A stretch of 63,426 bases of DNA, filler included, from Octopus bimaculoides (lineage: Eukaryota): NCBI RefSeq assembly GCF_001194135.2. It is 6 parts of 6 records of this genome, joined end to end, with 100 filler letters (N's around TTAATTAATTAA, not from the genome) between each part and the next. Parts side by side here need not be neighbours in the genome. Positions count along the whole stretch, not along the records: positions 52,179 to 58,599 come from NC_068983.1; positions 58,700 to 63,426 come from NC_068997.1; 4 more parts are not named here. One strand, 5' to 3'. The notes beneath the pieces are model-generated. The model made no database searches. It was not told the origin of the DNA and worked only from the letters and a program-made list of their open reading frames with translations. Position numbers and translations under genes: made by a program. This document shows, piece after piece, positions 52,647 through 63,426 of the stretch (the stretch's first letter is position 1; each line of letters begins with the position of its first letter).

Positions 52647-53262
52647 GATTTTAGTTTTGATCACTTGGTTTTGATTGCCTCGATTGCATAAAATTGTTAT
52701 TGCGCTGAAGTTTGGTTTTGCTTACAATTTCGCAATCTTTGTTTGTATTGTAGATTGCTGTATTTTTTGTTGATTAAAACCTCTTAAACTTAGATATTCT
52801 CGTTTGGGTTTATAATGATTTAACTAAAAGTAGCTAGAGAGAGAATGGACAGTGAATTTATAAACCAAATTTGTGTCAAGCTTCAAAAGAATAGAAATAT
52901 TGGTAGAGAACTTTTATAAATTTTTGAGAATCATTTCCTGCTGAACCACCTATCACCGACGAAAGCAAGCTTAAGTGTTTAACAGCGCACATAGATAAAG
53001 AGGTTTACGAACTCATAAGTGAATGTGAGAATAACGCAGAAGCAATTCAAACTCTGGAGAGATTGTACGTGAAACTCTTAAACATTATTTTTGCAAGACA
53101 CCTTTTAATGCCATGCAAACAAGAACCAGGTCAATCAGTTGACGATTATTTACAGAAATTGAAATGACTAGCTAAAGATTGCAGGTACAGAGCAGCGCAC
53201 GCTGAGACTCACAAAAATGAAGCTGTTTGTGACGCATTTATCTTGGGATTAACGTCATCTTC
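52638..53262 (+). mobile_element. Gypsy-like LTR retrotransposon fragment: possible LTR plus gag
   Basis: KLKCLTAHIDKEVYELISEC...AIQTLERLYVK...IIFARHLL..CKQEPGQSVDDYLQKLK*LAKDCRY...EAVCDAFILGL is a typical Gypsy gag; starts TGTTG after (TA)n. The LTR call is weak. Confidence 0.78.
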
Positions 53263-53272
53263 AACATCTTCA

Positions 53273-54088
53273 AGTTATTCAATTTTAAATTTTTATCACA
53301 CAGTCATTTATCTCTATAATTCTGTCTTAGATTAGCTGACCGAAAACTTTTATTTTTCAATTCTATATTACTATCATTCAATATTTACTGTCTCTTTAAA
53401 CTAGGCGACAGATATCCCAAAAGAATATTTCTGTCTCTCTCCCTCGTGTTCTGGCCACTAACCCTAACTCTCTCTGTCTCTCTCGATCTCACTCTCTCTC
53501 TCCTTCTCCATCTTTCGATTACTTCTAGCTTTGCCAGGACTATAAACTAGTGTACGCACCCTGATTTCACCACTCGTTCCAAGAACCTCTGCTGAATAAA
53601 TATACACATATATATATATGCTCTTGAATCATTTGATATCCAAGAAACCCAGAATCATGACCAGATAAATTTTCTGGCTTCCCAACTTCGCTCATACCTT
53701 TCTATTTATGCACTGATTCACAACACCTTACTTAGTGCTTTCACTATTCTGTCTATTTCATTACGATGTCGTCAAATTCATTCAGTTATTCAATTTTAAT
53801 TTTTATCACACAATCACTTATCTCTATAATTCTGTCAAAGATTAGCTGACTGAAAACTCTTATTTTTCAATTCTATATTACTATTATTCAATATTTACTG
53901 TCTCTTTAAACTAGGCGACAGATATCCCAAAAGAATCTCTCTCTCTCTCTCTCCCTCGTGTTCTGGTCACTAACCCTAACACTCTCTGTCTCTCTTGATT
54001 TCACTCTCTCTTTCCTTCTCCCTCTTTCGATTACCTCTTGCTTTGCCAGGACTATAAACTAGTGCATGCACCCCGCTTCTCCCACTCG
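53273..54088. repeat. Two direct repeats of about 305 bp (53273-53576 and 53784-54088)
   Basis: Colinear copies offset by 511 bp, e.g. CTAGGCGACAGATATCCCAAAAGAAT and CTTTGCCAGGACTATAAACTAGTG in both. Confidence 0.9.
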
Positions 54089-54140
54089 ACCTTAATACCT
54101 TTGCAGACTATGCCAGTGGTGCAGTCACCCTCCCACCCCC

Positions 54141-54302
54141 TCCACCAGTACCGGAAGTTCCTATCCTCTCCACCAGTACCGGAAGTTCCTATCCTCTCCA
54201 CCAGTACCAAAAATTCCTATCCTCTTCACCAGTACCAGAAGTTCCTATCCTCTCCACCAGTACCGGAAGTTCCTATCCTCTCCACCAGTACCAGAAATTC
54301 CT
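54141..54302. repeat. 28-bp minisatellite, about 5.8 copies
   Basis: TCCACCAGTACCGGAAGTTCCTATCCTC units at 54141, 54169, 54197, 54225, 54253 and 54281. Confidence 0.95.
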
Positions 54303-55201
54303 GGCTGTCTCCTCTGAACACTTCTAAAGGCTTCACGCTACCCCTACTTAAGGTTTATCTCCTCCTATGTAAGGTAGTGATCATATAGTACAAAATATGA
54401 TAGTGTAGTAGATGCAGGTTGAAATGAAGGCTACTGCTTGTNNNNNNNNNNNNNNNNNNNNNNNNNNNNNNNNNNNNNNNNNNNNNNNNNNNNNNNNNNN
54501 NNNNNNNNNNNNNNNNNNNNNNNNNNNNNNNNNNNNNNNNNATATTCTTTGTATTATTACATCATTGAACGCACACGTCCTTTTTGCAAGTCTGTACTTT
54601 ATTATTCTGACGTGACTCTATTTTTCTATGTATCTATCTATCTATCCCTCTATCTACCTATCTATCTTTCTTCTTACCCATCTCCCCCTCTAGCTCTGCT
54701 CCGTTCTGTTGTCCTGGCTTCTACTTCATTGCTATACACTTCTGTCTCTTCCTCCTTGTTCCACTTCCTCCCTCTACCATCCTCTCTGCTCTCGTGTGAC
54801 CTGTGGTCAACTTTCTTTTCACTCTAGCCACTGTGAAGACGAACTACTAGCGTTCTACATCAGATTCGCATTTGGCCGTATGGCTTTTTAATGTTGTTTT
54901 CACTGTCCAATTTTTCCTGTCTTGGTTTGTGTTTGCCACCTTGGAATCCTCTGTTTAGTGGGTTGATCCACTACTCAGGAAGAGACTATTCTAGAATATG
55001 TTCTGCCTTATCTTCGAAACATTGAGTTAGAATAGAGGCAGCTGATGAAGGAATAATTCCAAGTGGCTTTCTGTTTTCCTATGTGTTCGTTCCGTTGTCT
55101 GTAGTTCATTGTTCTAACGTCCTGTACCCTGATATGCATCTATATACACATATAGATGTAAGTATGTACATATATGTGTGTATACATGCATATATATTCT
55201 T

Positions 55202-55252
<51 letters not shown>

Positions 55253-55267
55253 ACATACAAAAACAAA

Positions 55268-56950
55268 TTGAGTGCATAAACTTTGAAGAAGATCTAATAC
55301 TGGCCACTGATGAGGTTGACACAAACTCAGTGGTTGGCCTGGATGGGTTTCCAGTGGTCCTACTCAAATCATGAAAACAAGCTCTTACAAAACCACTGCA
55401 CCTTCTCTTCCAGAGCTTCCTTGCAAGTGGTAAGCTCCTAGACAAACTGACGGAAGGGATACTATGCCCTATCCATAAGGGAGGAAGTAGAGCAGATGCT
55501 AAAAATTATAAGCCTATCTCTCTGACTTCCCACATCAGTAAAGTCATGGAATGAATAGTCCGCAAGAAACTAATGTTCCTAGAAGAAAATGACTTGCTGA
55601 CTGACACCCTGCATGGATTTCGTCCAGGTAGAAGCTGTCTGACACAGCTCCTGCAACACTACGACTGGGTGTTAAAATAGCTGCTGAATGACTCAAGCGT
55701 TGATGTGATATATTCGACTTTGCAAAAGCCTTTGATAAAGTTCACCATGGTATGATATGTCACAAACTATGTGATCTTGGCATATGCGGAAAACTTGGAG
55801 AATGGTTGCACAACTTTCTAAAGGATAGATGTCAGGCAGTAGTGGCCAATAGAGCCACCTCCAAGGAAATGCAAATAGCAAGGGCACTGTCTTGGGGCTG
55901 CTGTTGTTCATAGTGGCCCTCTCAGACATGCTCTCGGTGGCTCAGACAGCCACCCTTGCTAGCTATGCAGATGGCACAAAAGTCTCTCAGACAATACAAA
56001 ATCCTGGAAATATTGCACATCTGCAACAGGAGCTGGACAGAATATACAGGTGGGCTGAGGACAACAACATGCAGTTTAATGCAGGAAAATTCCAGGCCTT
56101 ACACTACCAGCACACAAAGCTAAATGACATGTAAACAGGATACACTGGCCCAGGAAGAACTGAAATCCCTGAATCAAAGTCAGTGTGTGACCTGGGCAAT
56201 GACATAAGCAATGATGCATCTTTTCAAGTGCATATTATCAATTTGGTAATAAAATGCAGACGGCTGGCTGGCTGGGTCCTCCAAACTTTCAAAACAAGAG
56301 AAAAGGAGACATTGATGATCCTTTGGAGGACATACATTCTCAGCCGCTTAGACTATTGCTCCCAACTATTGTCACCACACAATAAAAAATCCACGGCAGA
56401 ACTCAAAGCAATCCAACAAAGCTGCACTAAGAAAATCATCTTGATGCAACATGTCAGCTACTGAGAAAGACTTAAAGAATTAAAACTCTTCTCTCTGGAA
56501 CAAAGGTGGGAGAGATATGCAGTGATATACATCTGCAAAATCCAAGAAGGCCTTGTACCAAGCTTTGGCACTGAAAGTTACTAAACTACACAACGGGGCA
56601 CCACTGCAGAGTGCCAAAGATCCCAGCATCACCAGCAAAATACAAGACCAGATACTGCAACAGCTTGGGCTTTAAGGGACCACAGCTCTTTAATATCCTT
56701 CCAAAATGCCTGAGAGATCTGCATGGTGTGGATGCAAGTATCTTTAAAACAAAACTAGATCTTTTCCTTTCATGGGTTCCAAACGAGCCCACCTCACGGC
56801 AGGAATCACAGATGAGGGCAGTAGCATCAAACTCCCTCAATGACCAAATGCTACATATCAGAGGAGGTTCCAAATAATGGTGTAGTTCAGTCAATGGTGG
56901 TGCTCCAGCATGACCGCAGATTTGCAGCTGAAACATTTTAGAATAAAATA
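55268..56950 (+). mobile_element. 5'-truncated CR1-like LINE (RT to 3' end)
   Basis: NYKPISLTSHISKVME, HGFRPGRSCLTQLL, DFAKAFDKVHH, QGTVLG.LLF, SYADGTK, KFQAL, RLDYCSQL, KGPQLFNILP; stop at 56875-56877, short 3' UTR, TA tract. Confidence 0.92.
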
Positions 56951-57073
56951 TACATGTATACATATACATCTATATATATATATATATNNNNNNNNNNNNN
57001 NNNNNNNNNNNNNNNNNNNNNNNNNNNNNNNNNNNNNNNNNNNNNNNNNNNNATATATACATACATATATATA

Positions 57074-57629
57074 TAAAAATTTAAGGAATGGAGAAAACGC
57101 ATGTTATAATTGCATACTTTATTCCTACATATGTTTCAAAGGATTACAACCTATGTGATCCATAGGGATCTATGATGTTAAAATTGTAACCTTCTCTTCA
57201 GGGAATGCATGGGAATCATCTTAAACGTAAGATATTATGACCGAGTATGAAACCAATAGATGGATAAGGTTATGACGTGATTCATTTGAAAAACACTGTT
57301 AGAGAATTGGATGCTACCGGATAGTGGGTTGGACAACACATACATATAAATGAATATACATACATGCATACATAATTACATATACATATATACACACACA
57401 CATATATATATATATATACACACATATATACATATATATGTGTATATGTATATATACACACACATACACACATATGCCCACATTTACACATATGCACATA
57501 CGGACCTACGCATATACAAATATACATATATGTGTGTATATGGATCACATAGGTTGTAATTCTTTGAAACATATGTAGGAATAAAGTATGCAATTATAAC
57601 ATGCATTTTCTCCATTCCTTAAATTTTTA
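57074..57629. mobile_element. 556-bp unit bounded by 91-bp inverted repeats, carrying a hammerhead
   Basis: 57074-57164 and 57539-57629 are reverse complements with 2 mismatches; TA at both ends. Confidence 0.85.
57112..57211 (-). ncRNA. Type I hammerhead ribozyme motif with extended stems I and II
   Basis: Minus strand CATGC-ATTCC-CTGAAGA-GAAGGTTACAA-[34-nt loop containing a CCTATG/CATAGG hairpin]-TTGTAATCCTTT-GAA-ACATATGT-A-GGAAT-AAA-GTATG; palindromic stem III, GUA triplet. Confidence 0.85.
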
Positions 57630-57958
57630 AATATTCTCAAATACCCAAAATTTCAAGGAGTTTCTGCCTCAAAAACAGGAACTACACCACAGTTATTTTG
57701 TGTTCTTTGCTACCTTGGTTTCTATTAACCCATTTATTCTATCCGAAGAATCTTTATTCATTAAGATAGAAGAAATACATATAATTAAACATATATATAT
57801 ATATATATATATATATAGCAATAAGAAAATGGAGGGATTAACAGGTGGTATTCATCAACTTATAGACATTATATTATGTCAGTTTACTTGTTTATTTACT
57901 AAAAGGATAATTATAACAATATACAGACACATATGACATATTATGTCTTATATCAGTA

Positions 57959-58560
57959 ACTAACAGTATAGCCCAGTGCTGCCCGGGATTAAGCTAGGAT
58001 TATTAAGTGATCCAAGTGCTTTATTTCAAACCAAAATAAGTAACATCAACATCAGATTTGAACGAAATCCGTTGAAATTGGTTTGGCTGAAAATGGTTTG
58101 CTGGCAATTTGATTGGGAAATCCCATAAGGAATCAGTTTATTGGTTATTTCCACTCATTGACTGCTTTTTTTAAAGTTGCATTAGAGATCTGCATAGGAG
58201 AAGGTTGATCTGAAGGTTTGCATTGGGGATCTGGATTGGAGTAATTTAGGAAAACTTACCAACAGCCTTAACCAAAAAATAAGGGGCCTGTCCCTTTTAG
58301 GTTAACTCTAACCCTAACCCTAAACCCTAGCCCTAACCCTAAAACCCTAACCATGATCCTAAAACCATAGCCCTAACACCAACCCTAATCCTGATCCTAA
58401 CCCTAACCCTAACACTAACCCTAATCCTTACCGTAAAACCCTAACCCTAAAACCCTAACCTCAACACCATAGTGGAAATCGTGTGGGTGTTAATCTGAAA
58501 AATTACCAAACCCTTTTTGTGGTCCAAAAAACGAGTTGTGGGTGGAAGCCTCAGAAATTT
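57959..58560 (+). mobile_element. Possible non-autonomous Helitron/Helentron-type repeat
   Basis: 5' end ACTAACAGTATAGCCCAGTGCTGCCCGGG resembles recalled DINE-1/HINE-like termini, and internal short tandem repeats are present; 3' end not seen. Confidence 0.4.
58303..58461 (+). repeat. Degenerate interstitial (CCCTAA)n telomere-like array
   Basis: About 25 imperfect CCCTAA, CCTAAAA and CCATAG units. Confidence 0.85.
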
Positions 58561-58599
58561 TAACCATTTATATTGTGTAATTCACTGACAAATTGTTAC

Positions 58600-58699
58600 N
58601 NNNNNNNNNNNNNNNNNNNNNNNNNNNNNNNNNNNNNNNNNNNTTAATTAATTAANNNNNNNNNNNNNNNNNNNNNNNNNNNNNNNNNNNNNNNNNNNN
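58600..58699. other. Artificial scaffold spacer N44-TTAATTAATTAA-N44
   Basis: Same 100-bp format. Confidence 0.95.
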
Positions 58700-58881
58700 T
58701 TTAAAGCAAACATAATTTTCTTATGGTTTCTTAAACATTCACTTGAACAAAACTGTACAAATCCAAATATATGGTACCCTAGGCATAACACCTACATCAA
58801 CTTCTAACTTGTTGTCTCTTGAGGTCTCTGGGTGAGACTTGGATCCAACTTGTACAAATGCAAAACAAAAGTCAAACATAA

Positions 58882-58920
<39 letters not shown>
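58700..58920 (+). mobile_element. R4/Dong-like 3' UTR, lineage A, with (AAT)n tail
   Basis: Matches 29865-30083. Confidence 0.88.
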
Positions 58921-58921
<1 letters not shown>

Positions 58922-58965
58922 GATAGGCTACAGCAAATATTCTGCTTGATACTACAGATTTTCTA

Positions 58966-59530
58966 TGCCAGGATGCAATACCAGGCAGTGGCTCTCATGG
59001 CTTCTGACCTTAACTGATTGGAAGTGTTATCATGTACATTGTTTTGTCTTGGTATAAAAGATGGGCTACAACAAATATTCTGCTTAATACTACAGATTTG
59101 CTTGTCAGTTGTTTGACCTTAACCAGTTGAGCATGTCACTTGGTGGCTGACAATATGTGCATCTCTGATCATGAGCAGAAGTAGTGAGGGAGTATCATAG
59201 CCATGTGTTGAGAGGAATTCTTTGGGGTTTGAATAATTCACTTTTGGAAACAGGTATTTTGCTCAGCATCCTTAAACAAACCTTATTCAGGGACCTTTTG
59301 AGTGGGATGGGCTACTTGACCTGAAGAAAATTCTAACTGGGCCCCACATGTGCTGTTTATCTTGATATGAGATCACCATGTCATGCACATATTGTTGTGA
59401 TGCATGTGCCTGGTGTACCCTTATCAGACGGGTAGTCATGATGGGTATAATGGGCTTCGTATATTTTACCCCAGTGTCACTTTGATGACATGCACTGCTC
59501 TCTCACTCAATAATAATAATAGTAATAATT
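58966..59530 (+). mobile_element. About 550-bp non-coding repeat with (AAT)n tail, second copy
   Basis: Inverted homolog of 4488-5251; ends CTGCTCTCTCACTCAATAATAAT. Confidence 0.85.
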
Positions 59531-59599
59531 TTGAAGGGAGATAATCATGTTTTCATAGCACACTAATACCCTCTACACTCTATAAGATGTCCACAAATA

Positions 59600-62520
59600 A
59601 TATTTAGCCTGCTCAACAATTCTTGCTACTATTTTCCAATATCCATCGACTCTCATTGAATTACATCCCAAACATTACTGCTTACTAAACTGTAAACCAT
59701 ACATACTTTTACTCAATTATACACAAATCACTCAACTCTTACCAATTATCCATCTCTGCTGAATTATGCAAAACTCTCTGCTCAAACTTTGAAAGCTGGG
59801 GCCTGTGCATATATAGATTCCACTCTTCCTATCACTGACCAGTATATCATAAACAATTAAACATAGATTTCAAGTCCTTGTGGATCAAAGTCTTGCCTTC
59901 CTGAAATGACATATTGCACCCCTTTCTTCATATACATGGAAACCCACCTAAATAACACTCACACGGAAGTGGAAATATAAAATTTCACCATCATCCATGC
60001 AGATCGAGCAGACCAAAATAAAGGAAGGACAACCAATTTTCTCCATGACTCTGTTCACACGGATGCCAAGGATATATTTTCGAATGTCTGCCATGAATCC
60101 ATATCGCCATACAACAAAGTTGTCTCTACAGACATCCCCAAATCCCTCTACAGTTATTTGAAGAGTGCCTCAATAAAATCAAGTCTTTTCTTAAAAATAC
60201 AAATCCGGGACATATTGATGATGGGCGATTTGAACCCCCTTTATCTAAACCAGTTTACAAATACTTTAAAGCTACTTAACTGCACAGCACCAGACGAAAC
60301 AGCTGCAGAATTACATTCTAATTAATGAATGAATTTTTCCTATCCCCACTGGTGCTTTAACCAATAAAACAAGAAAAAACGGTCCAGAATCTGATATTAA
60401 GAAACCACTCTAGCTCCATCCATAGAATTTCAGTTGAAAAAAATCTTTTGAAACCTTAGTTTCTGGCTCACCAAAACCAACCTAGTCACTCTCCTCGCCT
60501 CTGCACCAATTCAACATCAATTTTCACAAAGGAGACTGGGAAGAAATTATTAACAGAAAGGTCTATCACTTATCGATTGGGCCTCCACCCACAGTTCCTC
60601 TGACATTGAAACAACATGACAGCGACTTGAGAATGTCACTTATACATGATCAAAACATGCATCTACAAAACACATAAACATGAACAGAAATAGGCTCCGA
60701 AGAGAGAAGAAAACACTCATCTGGAGAATTAAATAGCTCAATAAAATCAAATCAACCAATTACAATACTACCGCCAAAATGCAACCATATTCAACATAAT
60801 AAAAATGGCTTGAGTTGAAAAGCATCACCTACATCGACATGAAAATCTACATCGACAATCAAACAGCTGCAGAGGAAAACTGGGTAATCAAACCAAAATC
60901 AGAATCCAAAAGTGTTCTATTTATTTGCCAATAAGCATAGGTTCTTTTTGTTGGCCACTGATTGATGATAAGATCATTCTCTGCCATGATGTTAAAGAAA
61001 TGACAGAAGTACTGAAGAAATAATACTGAAAGAAGTGAGATCAAGTACTCATCTACAGCAGACCCTGAGAGATTCCCCGCTAATGTCTTGAAAGAATGTG
61101 GAAACCAATTTGCAACCCCTCTAACCAACCTCTGAAGAAATTCTTTAAGCTCAAACTATATACCGAAGTAGTTCTTATTTCAATCTGTCATCCGGTTTTT
61201 AAAAAGGGAAACACGTCTCTCGCAGTTAACTACATCCCAGTCACATTCGCCTCTCATCAAATTGTTTGAAGAGGAGTTGAAATAAAGAAAAGCTGACTTC
61301 TTTGAGAGCGACAAGCCTCTAAATTCCAACCAGCTTGGCTTTTGCTGCAGCAAGGATTAGCTTACATCACCACATCGATGATGTCTTTAAAGTCTTGGGT
61401 TCAGGTTCGAACTCTGACTTCAGAAAAATGTTCAAAAGAGTCGACCGCAATACTCTATTGACAAAATTGTCAAATATTGGAATCCGTGCAAAATTGCTAC
61501 ACTGGTAAACTATTTCCTGGAGAACAGAATATAATATGCTGTGATCGGTGGAATCCACTCAAAGCCCAGAAAAAAATTACCAGTGATTTTTTCCTCCAGG
61601 AAGCTGTTTGTCTCCCGCTTCTCTTTATAGTCTATACAAACGACATCTCAAGCGCCATCAAGCAGATCAAATAAAAACATTTGCAGATGACTTCAAGATC
61701 CATGAAATTATCAATGGAGAAGAGTTAACTGAACTCTAGTCTGATCTACATGCTTTAAGCCAATGGGCGGGCAAAAGTAAATGTAGTTAAATGAGGGAAA
61801 ATTTGAACTGATGCATTTTGGAAAAAAGAAGACTGCACTCAAGCAACAATATTCTCTTCCTTCAGGGTTACCATATACAGCATCCAATAATATCAGGAAG
61901 TAAGGTGTGATTGTTGATGACAATCTCATCTGGAGTGCCCACATCAATAATAAAGTCGAAATGGCTCGCAGAATGAGTTCATGGATTCTCAGTACTATCC
62001 TATCCAGAGAGCAAGATGTCATGATTCTTCTCTTATCCTCCTTTCTACGACCACACCAAGGATACAGCCGCCTTCTGCGGTCTCACCAATCCATGCAAAA
62101 CATTACGAAAATAGAGTCACTGCAGAGAACATTCACTGTAAAATTGGGACCGCTTTAAATCATTGAAACTTTATTCTTTTCAGCGCAGCCGTGAGCACTT
62201 TGTTATTTGCATGACATGGAGAATATAGCACCAGCATTGTCGAAACGACGTTAACAATAGATTCAGAATTCCTCCAAGGCTGGGGCTACGTGCCATACGT
62301 TCTCTACACAATACAGGCTCACAAAACAACACCACTGCAACATAATTTCTTTTTCTGATCAGGCCCTGCTCTATTTAACATTATCCCACAACAAATAAAA
62401 GAAAAAGATTTCATCATCTTCCAATGAAAACTCAAATTTCCTCAAGGAATACCAGGTAAGCCACCTACACCTGGATAAGTATTAGTCAACATCTCATTGA
62501 TTGAATTGATGGTAATATCG
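59600..62520 (+). mobile_element. Heavily decayed CR1-like LINE ORF2 (APE endonuclease plus RT)
   Basis: ILMMGDLN (GDFN motif), FPANVLKECGNQFATPLTNL, NSNQLGF, DFRKMFKRVD, LLFIVYTNDI, TFADDFKI, GVIVDDNLIWSAHIN, IESLQRTFT, GPALFNIIP; many stops. 5' boundary approximate. Confidence 0.85.
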
Positions 62521-62886
62521 CAAAATTTGACTAAAAGATGACTTGAATTATTTTCTTCGTTTGTGTTATTAAGCTAGACATAGCCTGGGCCAATCTTGGA
62601 CCGAAACATATCTAAGTTAATTTATCATACAGATACATATACGTATGAATGCGCTACGAAATATTTGTCACCATAGTTATCCATTCTGATACACATGCTT
62701 ATGCGTAAACACACACCAATATATATATATAAATATCGGTTGTGTAGGAATCAATTAGAGGGGTTTTAATATCTCTAAGGGATAATCAAAGTCGCTCCTG
62801 GTTATTACCTGAGTAGGTACAGTCTTTTGTAAGGTTGCACGGTAGCAGGTAGTTCGGCTGGTAAACCGTAGTTTAGGTTATATAGG

Positions 62887-63399
62887 AGAAGAAAATGGAT
62901 ATAATAAGGAGGGGAAACTGGTGATTTTCGCTGGTATACCTTTAATTTGATTCACCTACACCGCCGTTGATAACCAATTGCAGAATGTAAACATATTGAA
63001 TACACACATGCGAAAAAAAATGTGCTTAATTAAACTAGGATCCCCGCATCTAAATCATACTCACCCCGCCCTAATTACCCACCGAAACTAACCAGTCTAC
63101 CACAATCAAACCTCTACCCAGCGAATTTACCAGCGCAAGAACAAAATTTAATGTAAGACTTACTACCTTTGTTTATATTACCACCACATATGTATTGATT
63201 ATGTATCAATTATTTTCGCATCCTAACCGATGCATCTATCTATATTCGCATTCTGATGAGATTTACTTAAATCAGTGAATTGAAACGATCGTAAATGCTG
63301 CCTTCATTTCTGCTTCCTCCTTCTTTGTTATCTAATTAAATTAAAGGCATACCAGCAAAAACCATTAGTATCCCCTTGTTATTATATCCATTTTCTTCT
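62887..63399. mobile_element. 513-bp unit bounded by 62-bp inverted repeats, carrying a hammerhead
   Basis: 62887-62948 against 63338-63399: 54 of 62 positions complementary; (TA)n follows on the right. Confidence 0.8.
63248..63298 (+). ncRNA. Minimal type I hammerhead ribozyme motif
   Basis: GCATT-CTGATGA-GATTTACT-TAAATC-AGTGAATT-GAA-ACGATCGT-A-AATGC: 5-bp stem I, 8-bp stem II (2 G-U), palindromic stem III, GUA triplet. Confidence 0.85.
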
Positions 63400-63426
63400 A
63401 AATATATATATATATATATATATATA

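Noticed and set aside
54141-54302. 28-bp repeats resembling a CRISPR array
   Set aside because: Units are contiguous with no unique spacers, the context is eukaryotic and there are no cas genes. The same applies to 25413-25930.
55034-55078. CTGATGA-AGGAATAATTCC-AAGTGGCTTT hammerhead-like string
   Set aside because: G12 of GAAA is missing and stem I would rely on several G-U pairs.
58303-58461. True chromosome end
   Set aside because: The array is degenerate, has non-telomeric sequence on both sides and is in the wrong orientation for a right-hand end.
62585-62616. Hammerhead-like CTG-GGCCAATCTTGGACC-GAAA-CATATC-TAAG at the end of the CR1-like LINE
   Set aside because: CUGANGA core is incomplete and no matching stem I was found; at best a dead relic.

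Overview
Repeat-saturated, AT-rich eukaryotic DNA. The SINE families and microsatellite load suggest an octopus genome (inference). The window is not one locus: five identical N44-TTAATTAATTAA-N44 spacers join six separate scaffolds (1-17847, 17948-29622, 29723-41976, 42077-52078, 52179-58599, 58700-63426). No host gene could be called confidently, and most supplied ORFs are microsatellite or N-gap artefacts. Recognisable content: many tRNA-derived SINEs with interchangeable head and tail modules; at least five lineages of R4/Dong-like RLE retrotransposons sitting in (AAT)n tracts; two CR1-like LINEs, one sharing its 3' end with a SINE family; Tx1/L1, CRE, Gypsy and RTE-like zinc-finger fragments; Tc1/mariner remnants and MITEs; and a decayed Penelope-like element. 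The best find is three structurally complete type I hammerhead ribozyme motifs (21470-21513 minus, 57112-57211 minus, 63248-63298 plus) in non-coding elements that end in TA repeats. Two of them lie inside roughly 0.5 kb units bounded by 62-91 bp inverted repeats. All family assignments come from manual motif reading, not database searches.
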